Assembly (NCBI GenBank): GCA_951406725.2
Contig: OX597828.1
Coordinates: 77,748,001 to 77,812,000, forward strand
Source: Octopus vulgaris
Lineage: Eukaryota
DNA length: 64,000 nt
Direction: 5' to 3'
Below, piece by piece: positions 38,701-50,700 of the stretch (its first letter is position 1; every line of letters begins with the position of its first letter). The position numbers were made by a program, and so were the translations under genes. The notes beneath the pieces were generated by a model. It did no database searches. It was not told where the DNA came from and worked only from the letters and a program-made list of their open reading frames with translations.

Positions 38701-41700
38701 GTTTGGGAATCCAACCTGGTGATTTGAGTATGTGTATACTGTATTAGCAGTGAGCAGAAATAAAGATTTCAAATTTTGGCACAGGTCCAGCAGTTTTTGA
38801 GGAAAAGAGAAAGTTGATTACATCAACCCCAGTACTTCACTGGTACTTAGTTTATCAACCCTGAAAGGATGAAAGGCAAAGTCAACCTCAGTGGAATTTG
38901 AACTCAGAATGTCAAGACAAAATGAAATGCTGTTAAACATTTTGTCTCGTGAGCCAACAGTTCTGCCAGCTCACTGCATTCGTGAGCGGAAATAATGACT
39001 GACGATGTGCCAAGGCCCAATATGATTTCATTATTTATGTCCTCCCCTTCTGTAACCCTTTAGAATTCAGATTATTCTGTCTAATCTATTGCTTATTCAC
39101 ATTGCTTTGAATTAAACATGTACTATCTCATAGCTTCAATGATATGACTGGTTATTTTCAGAACGACATTGTATGGTAGGGGTGTAAGGCCCGATCTGGC
39201 CTGTTTGAACATAATACATGTAAAATATCTGAACCAGATAAAGGGTGGTCTAAATGCTAAAGGATTAATAATTTCCATAAAAGTATAGCACAGCAGCACA
39301 AATCCATGCACATCACTTAAGAGGCATGTGTTAGTTGAGATAGTAATAAGGACATATGGATAACAGACTGCTGTTTGTACGGGAAAAATCTGCCCTTCTC
39401 CTTCTCCTCTCATGCTTTCTTGCCAAAACATCCGGTGCATTTGTGATGCCCTGTTCAGTGTAAGCTTGAAAAGGTTGAGAATAAATGGTGTTGGTGATTC
39501 AAGGAAAGATTGTTCTCATCATTATCAAATGTAACAGCAACCAAATCATCCTCAAATTACACCTACCCATCATCTTGAATTAAGAAAGCAAACATTAGAT
39601 AATGTAGTCAGACAAAGCTCTAAATAATCAGGATGGTCATAGCTGGAGTGCCTTTCATTAAACCATTAGCATTCAGATTAATCTGTAAAGTTTATTTATT
39701 TATATGGTTTTGAATTATGCATTATCTCATTGCTTTGAGATATCAATGATGTGATTGTTTATTTTTCAAAATGATATTGTAGGGTAAGTGTAAGAGACCA
39801 GATCTAGCTGGTCTGAACACAAAACAGATGGAATGTATTGATCATAGATCTGCTCAGTTAAGACACTTGATACACAGTAACAACGGTCAAACTTACTTGC
39901 TTCTTTGATGAGGTGTGCTAAGCAAAGAGCTCATTATTCGTTGCATAGTTGTACTCTCACGTGTCATCAAAAAGCACCGTTCTAATTCATATTGTGGAAC
40001 TTCAGCCAAATACAATGGTTCTTGGCACAAGAATAAAAAATGGCCAATTTGGGGGAGCTGGAAATATAAAAAAGAAAATTCAATGAACAAGAGTCTGCAT
40101 TAGCAACAATCAATCACAGAATGTGACAAAATTTGATTTACCATGAGAAGTGAAAGTCTAACATTTTGATGGTGGGGTTTCCATTGTAGGGAGTTTTAAA
40201 ACCTTAAGAAAAAATCTGGTGGCAAGAAGAACAGAAATAATGATTTCAAATTTTGGCACAAGGCCAGCAATTTCGAGAAAGGTGAGTAAGTTAATGACAC
40301 TGACCCCAGTGCTCAACTGGTATTTATTTTATTGACCCCGAAAAGGATGAAAGGCAAGTTGACCATAACAGAATTTGAGCCCAGAATGTAAAGACAGACA
40401 AAATACCTGTGAAATATTTTGCCTGACATGCTAATGATTCTGCCAGCTTACCACCTTAAGGAGAACAAGGATATTGGTTTCAAATTTTGGCACAAGGTGA
40501 GTGATTCCAGGGGAGGGGAGGGCACTTGACTACATCGACCCCAGTGCTCATTCGATAATTATTTTATTGACTCCAAAAGGGGCCAAGTCAACCTTGGCAG
40601 AATTTGAACTCAGAACATAAAAACAGATGAAATACTGCTAAACATTTTGCCTGACATGGTAATGATTCTGCCAGCCTGCCGCCTTAAGAAGAACAAGAAT
40701 ATTCTTTTCTACTCAAGGCACAAAGCCTGAACTTTCTGGAGGGGGGGCAGTCAATTAGATCAACCCCAATATACAACTGGTACTTAATTTATCAACCCCA
40801 AAAAGATAAAAAGCAAAGTCAACCTCGGCAGAATTTGAACTCAGAATGTAAAGACAGACAAAATACCACTAAGCATTTTGCCTAGCATGCTAACGATTCT
40901 GCCAGCCTGTCGCCTTAAGAAGAACAAGAATATTGATCACTCACTGATATTGTTTCAGAAAAATATGGGAGGAAAATCTAAATATATTTCAATCATCTTA
41001 GGAACTCATCATTAAAGCACAGACTTCACTCGACTTGCGAAAGCTGTGATGGAAGAGTATTTGGACCCAATATGGATATTTTTAAATGTCAAAGGGTTAA
41101 ATATACAAAGTAAAGGGGTGGCCATGGTTGGAACATCTGCTGCATCACAATTCACTTTGAGCCTTTCAGCCAATAAAAACAGAAGAACATGCGAAGGCAT
41201 GGCAGTGTGTTACGAAGCTTGCTTCCCAACCACATGGTTCCAAGTTCAGTTCCACTGCACGACACCTTGGGCAAGTGTCTCCTGCTATAGCCTCGAACCA
41301 ACCAAAGCCTTGTGAGCAGATCTGATAGATGGAAACTGAACGACGATTGTTGTGTATGCGTGTGTGTTCCCTACCACCACTAAACAACCAGTGTTGGTGT
41401 GTTTACGTCCCCATAACTTAGCAGTTCAGCAAAAGAGGCTGATAGAATAAGTACCAGACTTTACAAAATTATAATTACTGGTGTCAATTCATTTGACTAA
41501 AATTCTTCAAGGCAGTGCCCCAGCATGGCCACAGTCTAATGACTGAAACAAGTAAAAGCTAAAAGCTACCCACCTCCCACATGGCTTTCATCTGAGAGAG
41601 CAGAGGTTGCTCCAAGAGAATGTCTTCCCAATCATTGACTTCCTGGACGTGAGCCTCCTGTGCTGCTCGTTTCTCTTCAATCTGCTGCTTACGAGCTTCT

Positions 41701-44700
41701 TTCTCCTTGGCGATCTCTTCATGACGCAACTGATTTAACAGTGCTGAAGAATCATGAGGGGCAACAGCCCGGGTGCGCCTCCTCAACCCTGCAACGATAG
41801 GACACAGAACTTCATTAAACATTTGACATTTCAGAAAGGAAATTATTATTTTTTTAATTACTTTATACAAATGCTGAGTGTAAGGAAGGACATCTGGCTA
41901 TGGAAATCATGACAAAGCAGACATTGGACCCAGATGCTGTCCTCTGGCTTCCCAGCTTCTGTTAAACCATCCAACCCATGCCAGCATGGAAAACGGACAT
42001 TAAATGGCGAGGATGATTTAATGTATTGGTATTTTCAAAACACACACACATACAGATAAAAGACAAATAGGAGCTCTTCGAGCAAATGGAAGCAGACAAC
42101 TAGCTTCTGACCATCCCAGAGAAGGAACCCAGAAGTTTATAAGCCAACAGAGGCACCTGTATATCGTCGTTTGACTTGCTAGAAATAGCAGGTAAATCTT
42201 TCACAAATTCTACAATAAAATTTAAAGGAAGGATACACTTGAAAACGTGGTAAAGCTTCAAGAAAAAGAAAAAAAGAGAGAGATGGGATATGGAATGGTC
42301 ATGTCTGGAACAACATTGATAAAAGATCTGCTGAACTGAGGTTAAGCAGGGCTAATAAAAGAAGTTGAAATACTAGTATCCACATGACATAACAAGCAAT
42401 TCTAACACCTATTAATGATGAAATGCTTTGAATTATGTTCGCTTCGGATGACATCAAACCACAATGATGTCAAGAACTTGTGGGAAAAATAAGTTTTCCT
42501 ATGGGGAAAATATTACTTTGCTTATAAACGGGTGAGGGTTGGTGACAGGGAGGGCATCCGACCATAGAAAAATCTGCCTCGACAAATTTCGTCTCGCCCA
42601 GCAAACCACTAAATGATGATGGTTTGAAGTTGGCCTAATCATCTAAATTCGTCTGGATTGTCTCCCTTTATTCGAGCAGCACTTTTTCTTTTCATGCATC
42701 GTTTTTTAAATAACTTAAGCTACCTTCCTTTTTATTTTTCTTAAGTTTAAGAGAGGAAAGATCGAAAGTGCCTATTACTGTCACAGGCCCTCCGATGCTG
42801 GTGATATAAAAGCATTTAATACCCGGTCACCATGTCTGCAGATCAACGTTTGCCAGAAAGTCTGATTTCAATCTGTGACCTCTACTACAAATATCCAAGA
42901 ATGTGCTGGTGATCATGATCATATTAAACCAATCAAGCAGGTTTGTAGTTTCAATACCCAACAGAAATTAATTTACATCACTTCAACTTAAAATTTGTTG
43001 TGCTTTCCCTATATAAATCTCTCCATCCCGCTTGAAACTTAAGATTTTGATGAAATACAATTAGTCTGGTAAAAAACAGAAAAGATCATAAAAATATAAG
43101 TATTGCATGAATATGGATAAGACTTGTTGATACAAGATAACGATTGTTAGTGTACATTCATCATAATCATCATCATTTAACGTCTGCTTTCCATGCTGGC
43201 ATGGGTTGGATGGTTTGACAGAAGCCGGCCAGACAGAAGACTGCACCAGATTTCTGTGTCTGTTCTGGCATGGTTTCTACAGCTGGATGTCTTTCCTAAC
43301 ACCAACCACCCTACAGAATGGCCTTGTGAATGCAACTTTACCTGTCATGTCGCTTTCACCTGCATATGTAAGGTGAATATAAGGAAGGTAATTACATAGA
43401 GGTGTTTTCACAATGGAAACTGTACAGCTAGCATCAGAAAATAGATTCTGAGATATGCCTTCATCTCATCTATTGATGGACCAAAGGTGGTGGTGCCTTG
43501 TTGTCCTGTTGATACAGAGACCTAGTGATTCATCCTGACAAGAATTTCTTCAGGAAAAGAAAATATTCAAAGAGCTTTGCTTCTAACTTCAAAGGTTTTG
43601 TAGGGACCACATCACTGATGAAAACATCACTGATGGAATGATCAACTCCATCATCACTCTGTTCCTACTAAGAATCAACAGACTCAGATAACATCGAAAC
43701 ATCACTCATCATTTTCTCAAAGACCAAGTTATCTTTCTCTATAAATCGTCATCATTTAACATCCACTCTCCATGCTGGCATAGGGCCAACAATTTGACAG
43801 GATTTGACGAGCTGCAGGGCCATGTCAGGCTCCAATGTCAGCTTTGGCAAAGCTTCTACAGCAAAGTGGCCTTTCTAATGCCAACCATTTTACAGAGTAT
43901 ACTGGATACTTTTTCACGCCATCAGCACCTTGCAAGGTGGAGAAAGAACACGGGGAAAAAAGAAAGTCAAAAGCTCCCACAGCTAAGTGGGCTGAAGAGC
44001 ATTTGAGAAGTGGGTGGTGGCTTTTTTATGCTAGACGTTGAAAGGCTAATGAATAAATACAGGGACAAGCACAGGTATCTTGCTAAGGTGGAGGTACATG
44101 GTTACCCCAGTAAATATCACCAAATTTTCATTCACTGCTAGAGGTAATAACTGTAATGGTACTCAAAATTTGAAAAAAGGAAAACTTAGAGGAAATTAAC
44201 TCAATAAGTTGCAAAAAGTAAATGAACAACAATAAAACAGGAAATCTTTTAATGGGAAGTTTTTTGTAAAATGAGGCTAAACTTTGTTTCTCACATAGAA
44301 GAGTGCTTAGTTCCTGTTTCTTGGCCCCCAAACAATAACACCATTTGAATTGCTGTTCCATATGGTTCAGGGTTTAGCAACAGTCACAGCTATTTCTTAA
44401 ATATGAAAGTAATTCAAAAGATCTGGAGGCATTTTTATTTTGAGTTCGACAAGAGAGGAAGGAGTGTGATTGTCACGATTTTGGCCAGCCTTGGTGAGAC
44501 TGTTGTGGATGTCCAACCCAGAATATTCTAATTCAAAAGCCAATTAAACTCTAGTCCAATTAAACTCTGCAGAAGATGCCCAAGGACCAGTTGATGACAT
44601 TTAATCTGGTAACTACAAACACACACACACACAGATTCACTCCAATCACAGGTCTTGCTAGAAGTAACAGTCAAACCTTCCTCAAATCTTACTGTACTGT

Positions 44701-47700
44701 CTTATAAAAAAAAAAAAGGGGAAGGACACATAGGATTATGTGGTGCTAAATAGGGTCTGCTTTTCATTTGGGTTGAACAGGACAACAACAATTAGATGCC
44801 AGTCATTGGTATAAGATACAAAATACAAAATACCCATTAAAGGGATTATAAGAAATGACACCAGGTAACACATACATACCTGCAACAACAGCAATATCTT
44901 CAGGTGTACAGTGACCAGATGTTGCTTTGACAGTGGTTTTCTCCCTTAAGTCCCTGCACAAAGAGAATATTCAAACAACTGCTTAGAAGATGGATAATGC
45001 TTAATCAGATTATTAACTTAGATCACTTAATAAATGAAAATAAACAAAAGCACATTCCAAGCAAACTAGATGAGGTAGTCTGTAGAAGCAAAAATAATTT
45101 AACAAAGTCCACAAAGCTCTTTTTAGGTCATGTGGAAATTAACCCTTTCGTTACTGTATTTCTGTTGAGATGCTCTGTGTTTCTTTCAATTAATTTTAAA
45201 TATAACAAAGAATTTAGTAAAATAACTTAGTTATCCTTCAGCTAGTGTCAGGAACATAAATTGTGACTAAGGTTTGGTGGAAGATTTTAATTCAAAACTT
45301 ATGAAAACAAGACATTTGTACCCAGAGCAAGAGCCGGTTTCAGCCAGGTTGGTAACGAAAGAGTTAATGTCCTGGTGGCTTCAAGAAAAGCCTTTTGTCT
45401 GTCAGACAAAAATATTTAACACTTTTAGCATTTAAACCAACGATAATCAGGCCCAAATATCCGGCTTGTTTTATGTTCTAACCAGCCAGATCGAACCCCC
45501 TATACCAACTGTACAATGTCTTTCTAAAGAATAAACAATCACCTCTTCGAAATCTCAAAGCTGTGAGATAATGTGGGATCAATTCAGAAGAATGAGAATG
45601 AATAAGCATTTTCATTTGACAGTAATCTGACTGCTGAAGGGTTAACGCTTAAGCCTTCAGCTTATTCTGTCAGATGGGTTGCTTATTGATTTGTATTGCT
45701 GAGGTTTCAATGATGTGACTGTTTACTTTTCAGATGAAAGTGTAGGGTAGGTGTGAAAGGCTGGATCGGGCCAGTTTGAACATAAAACCATCAGAGTATT
45801 TGAGCCAGATACAGCCTTGTTTCAATGCTAAAGGGCTAAATCAGTTATATCAGCCCCAAATATTCTACATCAACATTGTCATTTAGCATCAGCTGTCCAT
45901 GCTGGCATGGGTTGGACGGTTTGACTGGGCTGCCACGCTGGAAGGCTGCAACAGGTTCCAGTCTGATTTAGTATGGTTTTCTACAGCTGGATGCCCTTCC
46001 TAATGCCAACCACTCCGAGAGTGTAGTGGGTGTTTTTATATGACACCAATATCTGCCACAACTGTAATTTTGCTCAGCTTGATGGGTCTTCTTCTTAAGT
46101 ATGACATAATGCCAAAGCTCTTGGTCATTGCCTCAATGAGGCCCAACACTCAAGAGGAACTCAGCCACCTCGCCTCCACGAGGCTCAACACTCAAGAGGA
46201 ACTCAGCCACCTCGCCTCCACGAGGCCCAACACTCAAGAGGAACTCAGCCACCTCGCCTCCACGAGGCCCAACACTCAAGAGGAACTCAGCCACCTCGCC
46301 TCCACGAGGCCCAACACTCAAGAGGAACTCAGCCACCTCGCCTCCACGAAGCTCCACACTCAAAAGGAACTCAGCCACCTCGCCCCCACGAGGCTCAACA
46401 CTCAAAAGGGACTCAGCCACCTCGCCCCCACGAGGCTCCACACTCTGCCTATTTCATGTTAAAAACCAACCAAACCTGGCCTCTCATAACAACCACCCCG
46501 TGACGTCAATCTAAAAATAGATTATCACATCTTTGAAATCTTGAAGCTACAACGTAATGCATGATTAATTCCAGACAAAGTGACTAAATAAGCATTACAT
46601 TTGACAGAGTTAAATGTTTGTTTAGGGCCATAGAGAGAGGATTTGGTTTGAAAAATGTGTAGAAGCAGAGAAGTAAAGGAAAGAAAGGATGAGTTAATCA
46701 CAAAAAATGTTAATAGGTCAGTGGCCAAGGTGACTGAGTGAATTGTGAAGGAGGGCGATAGCAAGGAATTACAGAGACTGGAAGCAATTCAAAGGATTGC
46801 TGAAAAGAAAGCAGAATGAAATGGTTTGGTACAATTCATCCCGTTTTGGTGGCAGGACGGTTTTGGCCCTGGGAGCCAAAACACACACACACACACATGC
46901 ATGTAGAAATATACACATGCAGGGGAGGAGGGGAAAGGTGAGGGGAGAAAGAGAAGCATTACAATTTATTAATTGTAACACGACTGACATGGATGCTTTC
47001 CTTCTCCTCATACACACACACACACATTAACAGAGAGAAAGAGATGGAGGGAGGGAGACAGACGAACAGACAGAATGAGAGAGACATTAAAACTTAGCTC
47101 TACAGATATTCTATGGAAATTATAGCCAACAATGATTTTTGTAATATTTCGTATCATCAGAGACATCAGATGTAAACACTGAGATAGAAGATGGAAAAGG
47201 TGGATGGGCATAGATGCCACATTTGGAAAGTCTTTGCTCCTTCATCATCACCCATCAAATCCATTAACCAAACACAAACACATTGCTTAAATAGCCATTA
47301 TATACGGCAATGTGATCAGGGACCATTAAAGGGTTAGATGAGTGCTGATGAAGGGCCAAAAACCCCACAAAATATGGCATACACGGTGAGCTGGCAGAAC
47401 AGTTAGCACGCTGGGTGAAATGCTTAGTGGTATTCCGTCTGCCGTTACATTCTGAGTTCAAATTCCGCCAAGGTCAACTTTGCCTTTCATCCTTTCACAG
47501 TCAATTAAATAAGTACCAGTTACGTATTGGTGTCGATGTAATCAACTTAATCCCTTTGTCTGTCCTTGTTTGTCCCCTCTATGTTTAGCCCCCTGAGGGC
47601 AATAAAGAAATAAATATGGCATACACGCCCATTATCCATTTTTCATCTTCGATCTCATTGTTTGTTGACCTCTGACGTTTTGGATACGAAACATCATAAC

Positions 47701-50700
47701 AAAAAACAATAATTTTTATAGAGTATCTGTAAAGATAACCTTTTTGTAGAATATCTGTAGAGATAACCTTAACAAGTAACGTAAAATGCACTGCTAACAC
47801 AGTAGGATGCAGTATTCACTTATGAAAATCATTTAATATACTTTGAAGTATATTATGGTTGTATAATGAAATATTGCATAGCTAAAAGTCATTAGTATTA
47901 ATGCATTAAAATGTCTGATGTCAAATAAGTCAGCATCAAATCAACAACACAAGAACAATTGTGCCAAAACACCTCATACCTGCAGAAACAGCTTAACCCT
48001 TTTGTTACCAACCTGGCTGAAACTGGCTCTGAGTACAAATGTCTTGTTTCATAAGTTTTGAATTAAAATCTTCCACCAAACCTCAGTCACAATTTATGCT
48101 CCTAACACTAGCTTAAGGATAACTAAGTTTTTTTTTTTTTACTAAGTTCTTTGTTATATTTAAAATTAATTGAAAGAAACACAAAGCATCTCAACAGAAA
48201 TACAGTAACGAAAGGGTTAAAGAGAGTTTATAGACATGTACACACACACACACACACAGGTATGTAAACATACTTGTACATAGCCAATCATTAAGACAAG
48301 CTGGAAGAATCTCCCTGCGTTGGTACAAGGATTTTTTCAGTTAATTTGTTACACTTTGAACCAAGGAGGAAGCTGCTATTGTTTGGTCAGAAACACACGA
48401 TACTAGGAAAACCAGCTAAAGGCTACAGTCCCTGACATCAGCTGAAGGCTACTGCATTTGGTCTTGTATACAAAATATTTAGTTCTCAACCGTCCAATAG
48501 AGCTACAAGTAAGTACAACAAATTATATAATTCATTACCATAGAAACAGGACCACTTTAGCACCAATTTGGCCATCTGATGGATGAGGTGTGAAGAAGAG
48601 TTGAGTAAAACTGATCTTATCGTCTTAGTAAATAAGGCAGACCACTAAACGGCTGCTAATGGTGATCAAGTATTGTCTGCTATTAGACAGAAGAATTATT
48701 ACATTCCCTATATCAAGCGGTCGAGAGGGATTCATAATTTATTTGCTGCAAAGAGATGGAGCAAGTCCACTCTACTGGAAGTGAAATATTAGTGTGCATG
48801 TGTGTGTGTGTGTGTGTGTGGGGGGATAGATATTCATACCATCATCATCATCATCGTCATTTAATGTCCACTTTCCATGCTGGCATGGGTTGGACGTTTT
48901 GACTGAGGACTGGTGAGCCAGAGGCAGCACCAGGCACTAATCTGATCTGACAAAGTTTCTACAGGTGGATGCCCTTCCTAACGCCAACCACTATGAGAGT
49001 GTAGTGGGTGCTTTTACGTGCCATTGGCATGAGGGCCAGTCAGTGATTCTGGCAACAACCACGCTCAAAAGATGTTTCTTACGTGCTACCTGCACAGGAG
49101 CCAGCCCAGCAGCACTGGCAACGACCACGCTCGAATGTTGTTTGTCATGTGCCACCGGTAAGGCACACACATATATATACATACACATGTAATATATATG
49201 TACATATGTGTGCATACATGGACCTCTAAACTTAACAGTAGCAATCGTATATCTACAAGAAAGACTATCCATGTGTGTGTTTGTGTGTGTGTATGTATGT
49301 ATCAGTGTGTGTGTTTGGGTGTATTCTTGACATCATGTAATGGTCGTTAAAGGAAATCACTATCATAAAAGTATTGTTCATTTCCATTCTTGCATGAAAA
49401 ACATATCTGGTTGTGGAGAAAAACAATACCTTGCCTGGAAAGAAGGGTTGGTGCCAGGAAAGGCATCCAGCCATAGAAAATCTGTCACAATAAATTTGAT
49501 CTGACCCATGCAAGCATGGGAAATCAAACATTAAAGAATGGTGACGATAAGAGACACCAAAAAAAAAAAAAAAAAAAAAAGCCGAGAGGGGTAGACATGT
49601 GAAAGGTGTCTACATTGTTGTTTTTTAGAAGGAAGACAGAGAAAATGTCCATCATTTGATATCTGGATGTTAGTTGCTGGAAATCCTCATCATCATTTAA
49701 CATCCATCCTACCCATGCATGCATGGGTAAGATGGTTGACAGGAGCCCCAGCCAGGTAGAAGACTACCCCAGGCTACTCTGTCTGTTTTGGCAGGGTTTT
49801 TACAGCTGGATGCCCTTCCTTACACCAACCACTCTGCAGAATGGACCGAGTGCTTTTTACATGGCACCAGCACAGGAAAGGTCAGTTTTGGCACTATTTT
49901 CACAGCTGGATGCCCTTCCAAATTCCAACCACTTTACAGTGTGAACTGGAATGATTATATTAAAAGACATAACAATATGTTGAAACCAATATAACATCTA
50001 AGAGTAGTTTGTTAAAAGAAATTCAATATAAGGTATCTGTGTTGAGTGGGGGGGGAAGAGCACACTGGACGATGACTCTGCATAAATATCAATAATCGTA
50101 TGTACAAAGCTTTTACTTTACTGCCAGAAAATCTGATTTAATTTTAGAAAATCATTATAAAACAGCACTGATTGATTATTGATATTGTTCCAGAGATAGA
50201 AAACAGCAAGAGAAAGAGATAAAAGCGGCAACACTAAATCTGTTAAATTGTGAAGCAGTACATCCTGATGTCTATGTCAATAACGATTTAGTTAATTACT
50301 TCATTAAAAGGCTGAGAATTGCATAAAAGCAGAATAGCTGTTTGGTTAAGAAGTCTGATACAAAAGCAGGGCATTAGAAGTTCAGTCTCATTGCACAGCA
50401 CCTTGGGTGAATGTTTTCTATTGTAGCTTGAAGCTAACCAATGCTTTAGAAGAGAATTTGGAAACTGTGCAGAAGCCTATCATGTGTGTGTGTGTGTGTT
50501 TAAGTGAACCATTATGAAATGCTGTTTTGTCCCTTCAAATCAATGCATAACATAAAAAGCAAACTAAAATAAATGGAGAGAGGGCAGGATATTCCTGTGC
50601 CCTTTCTATTTTATTATTATTGGAAGTCACTTCCAACGAGGCAGTAAGCAACCAACATTAAAACAGGCTTCAAGCAACTGCTTAGTAGATTGAGAGTTAC

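Noticed and set aside
48250-48780. Unique-looking stretch as a nested gene exon
   Set aside because: The candidate splice-bounded frames I tried contain stops and no recognisable motif.
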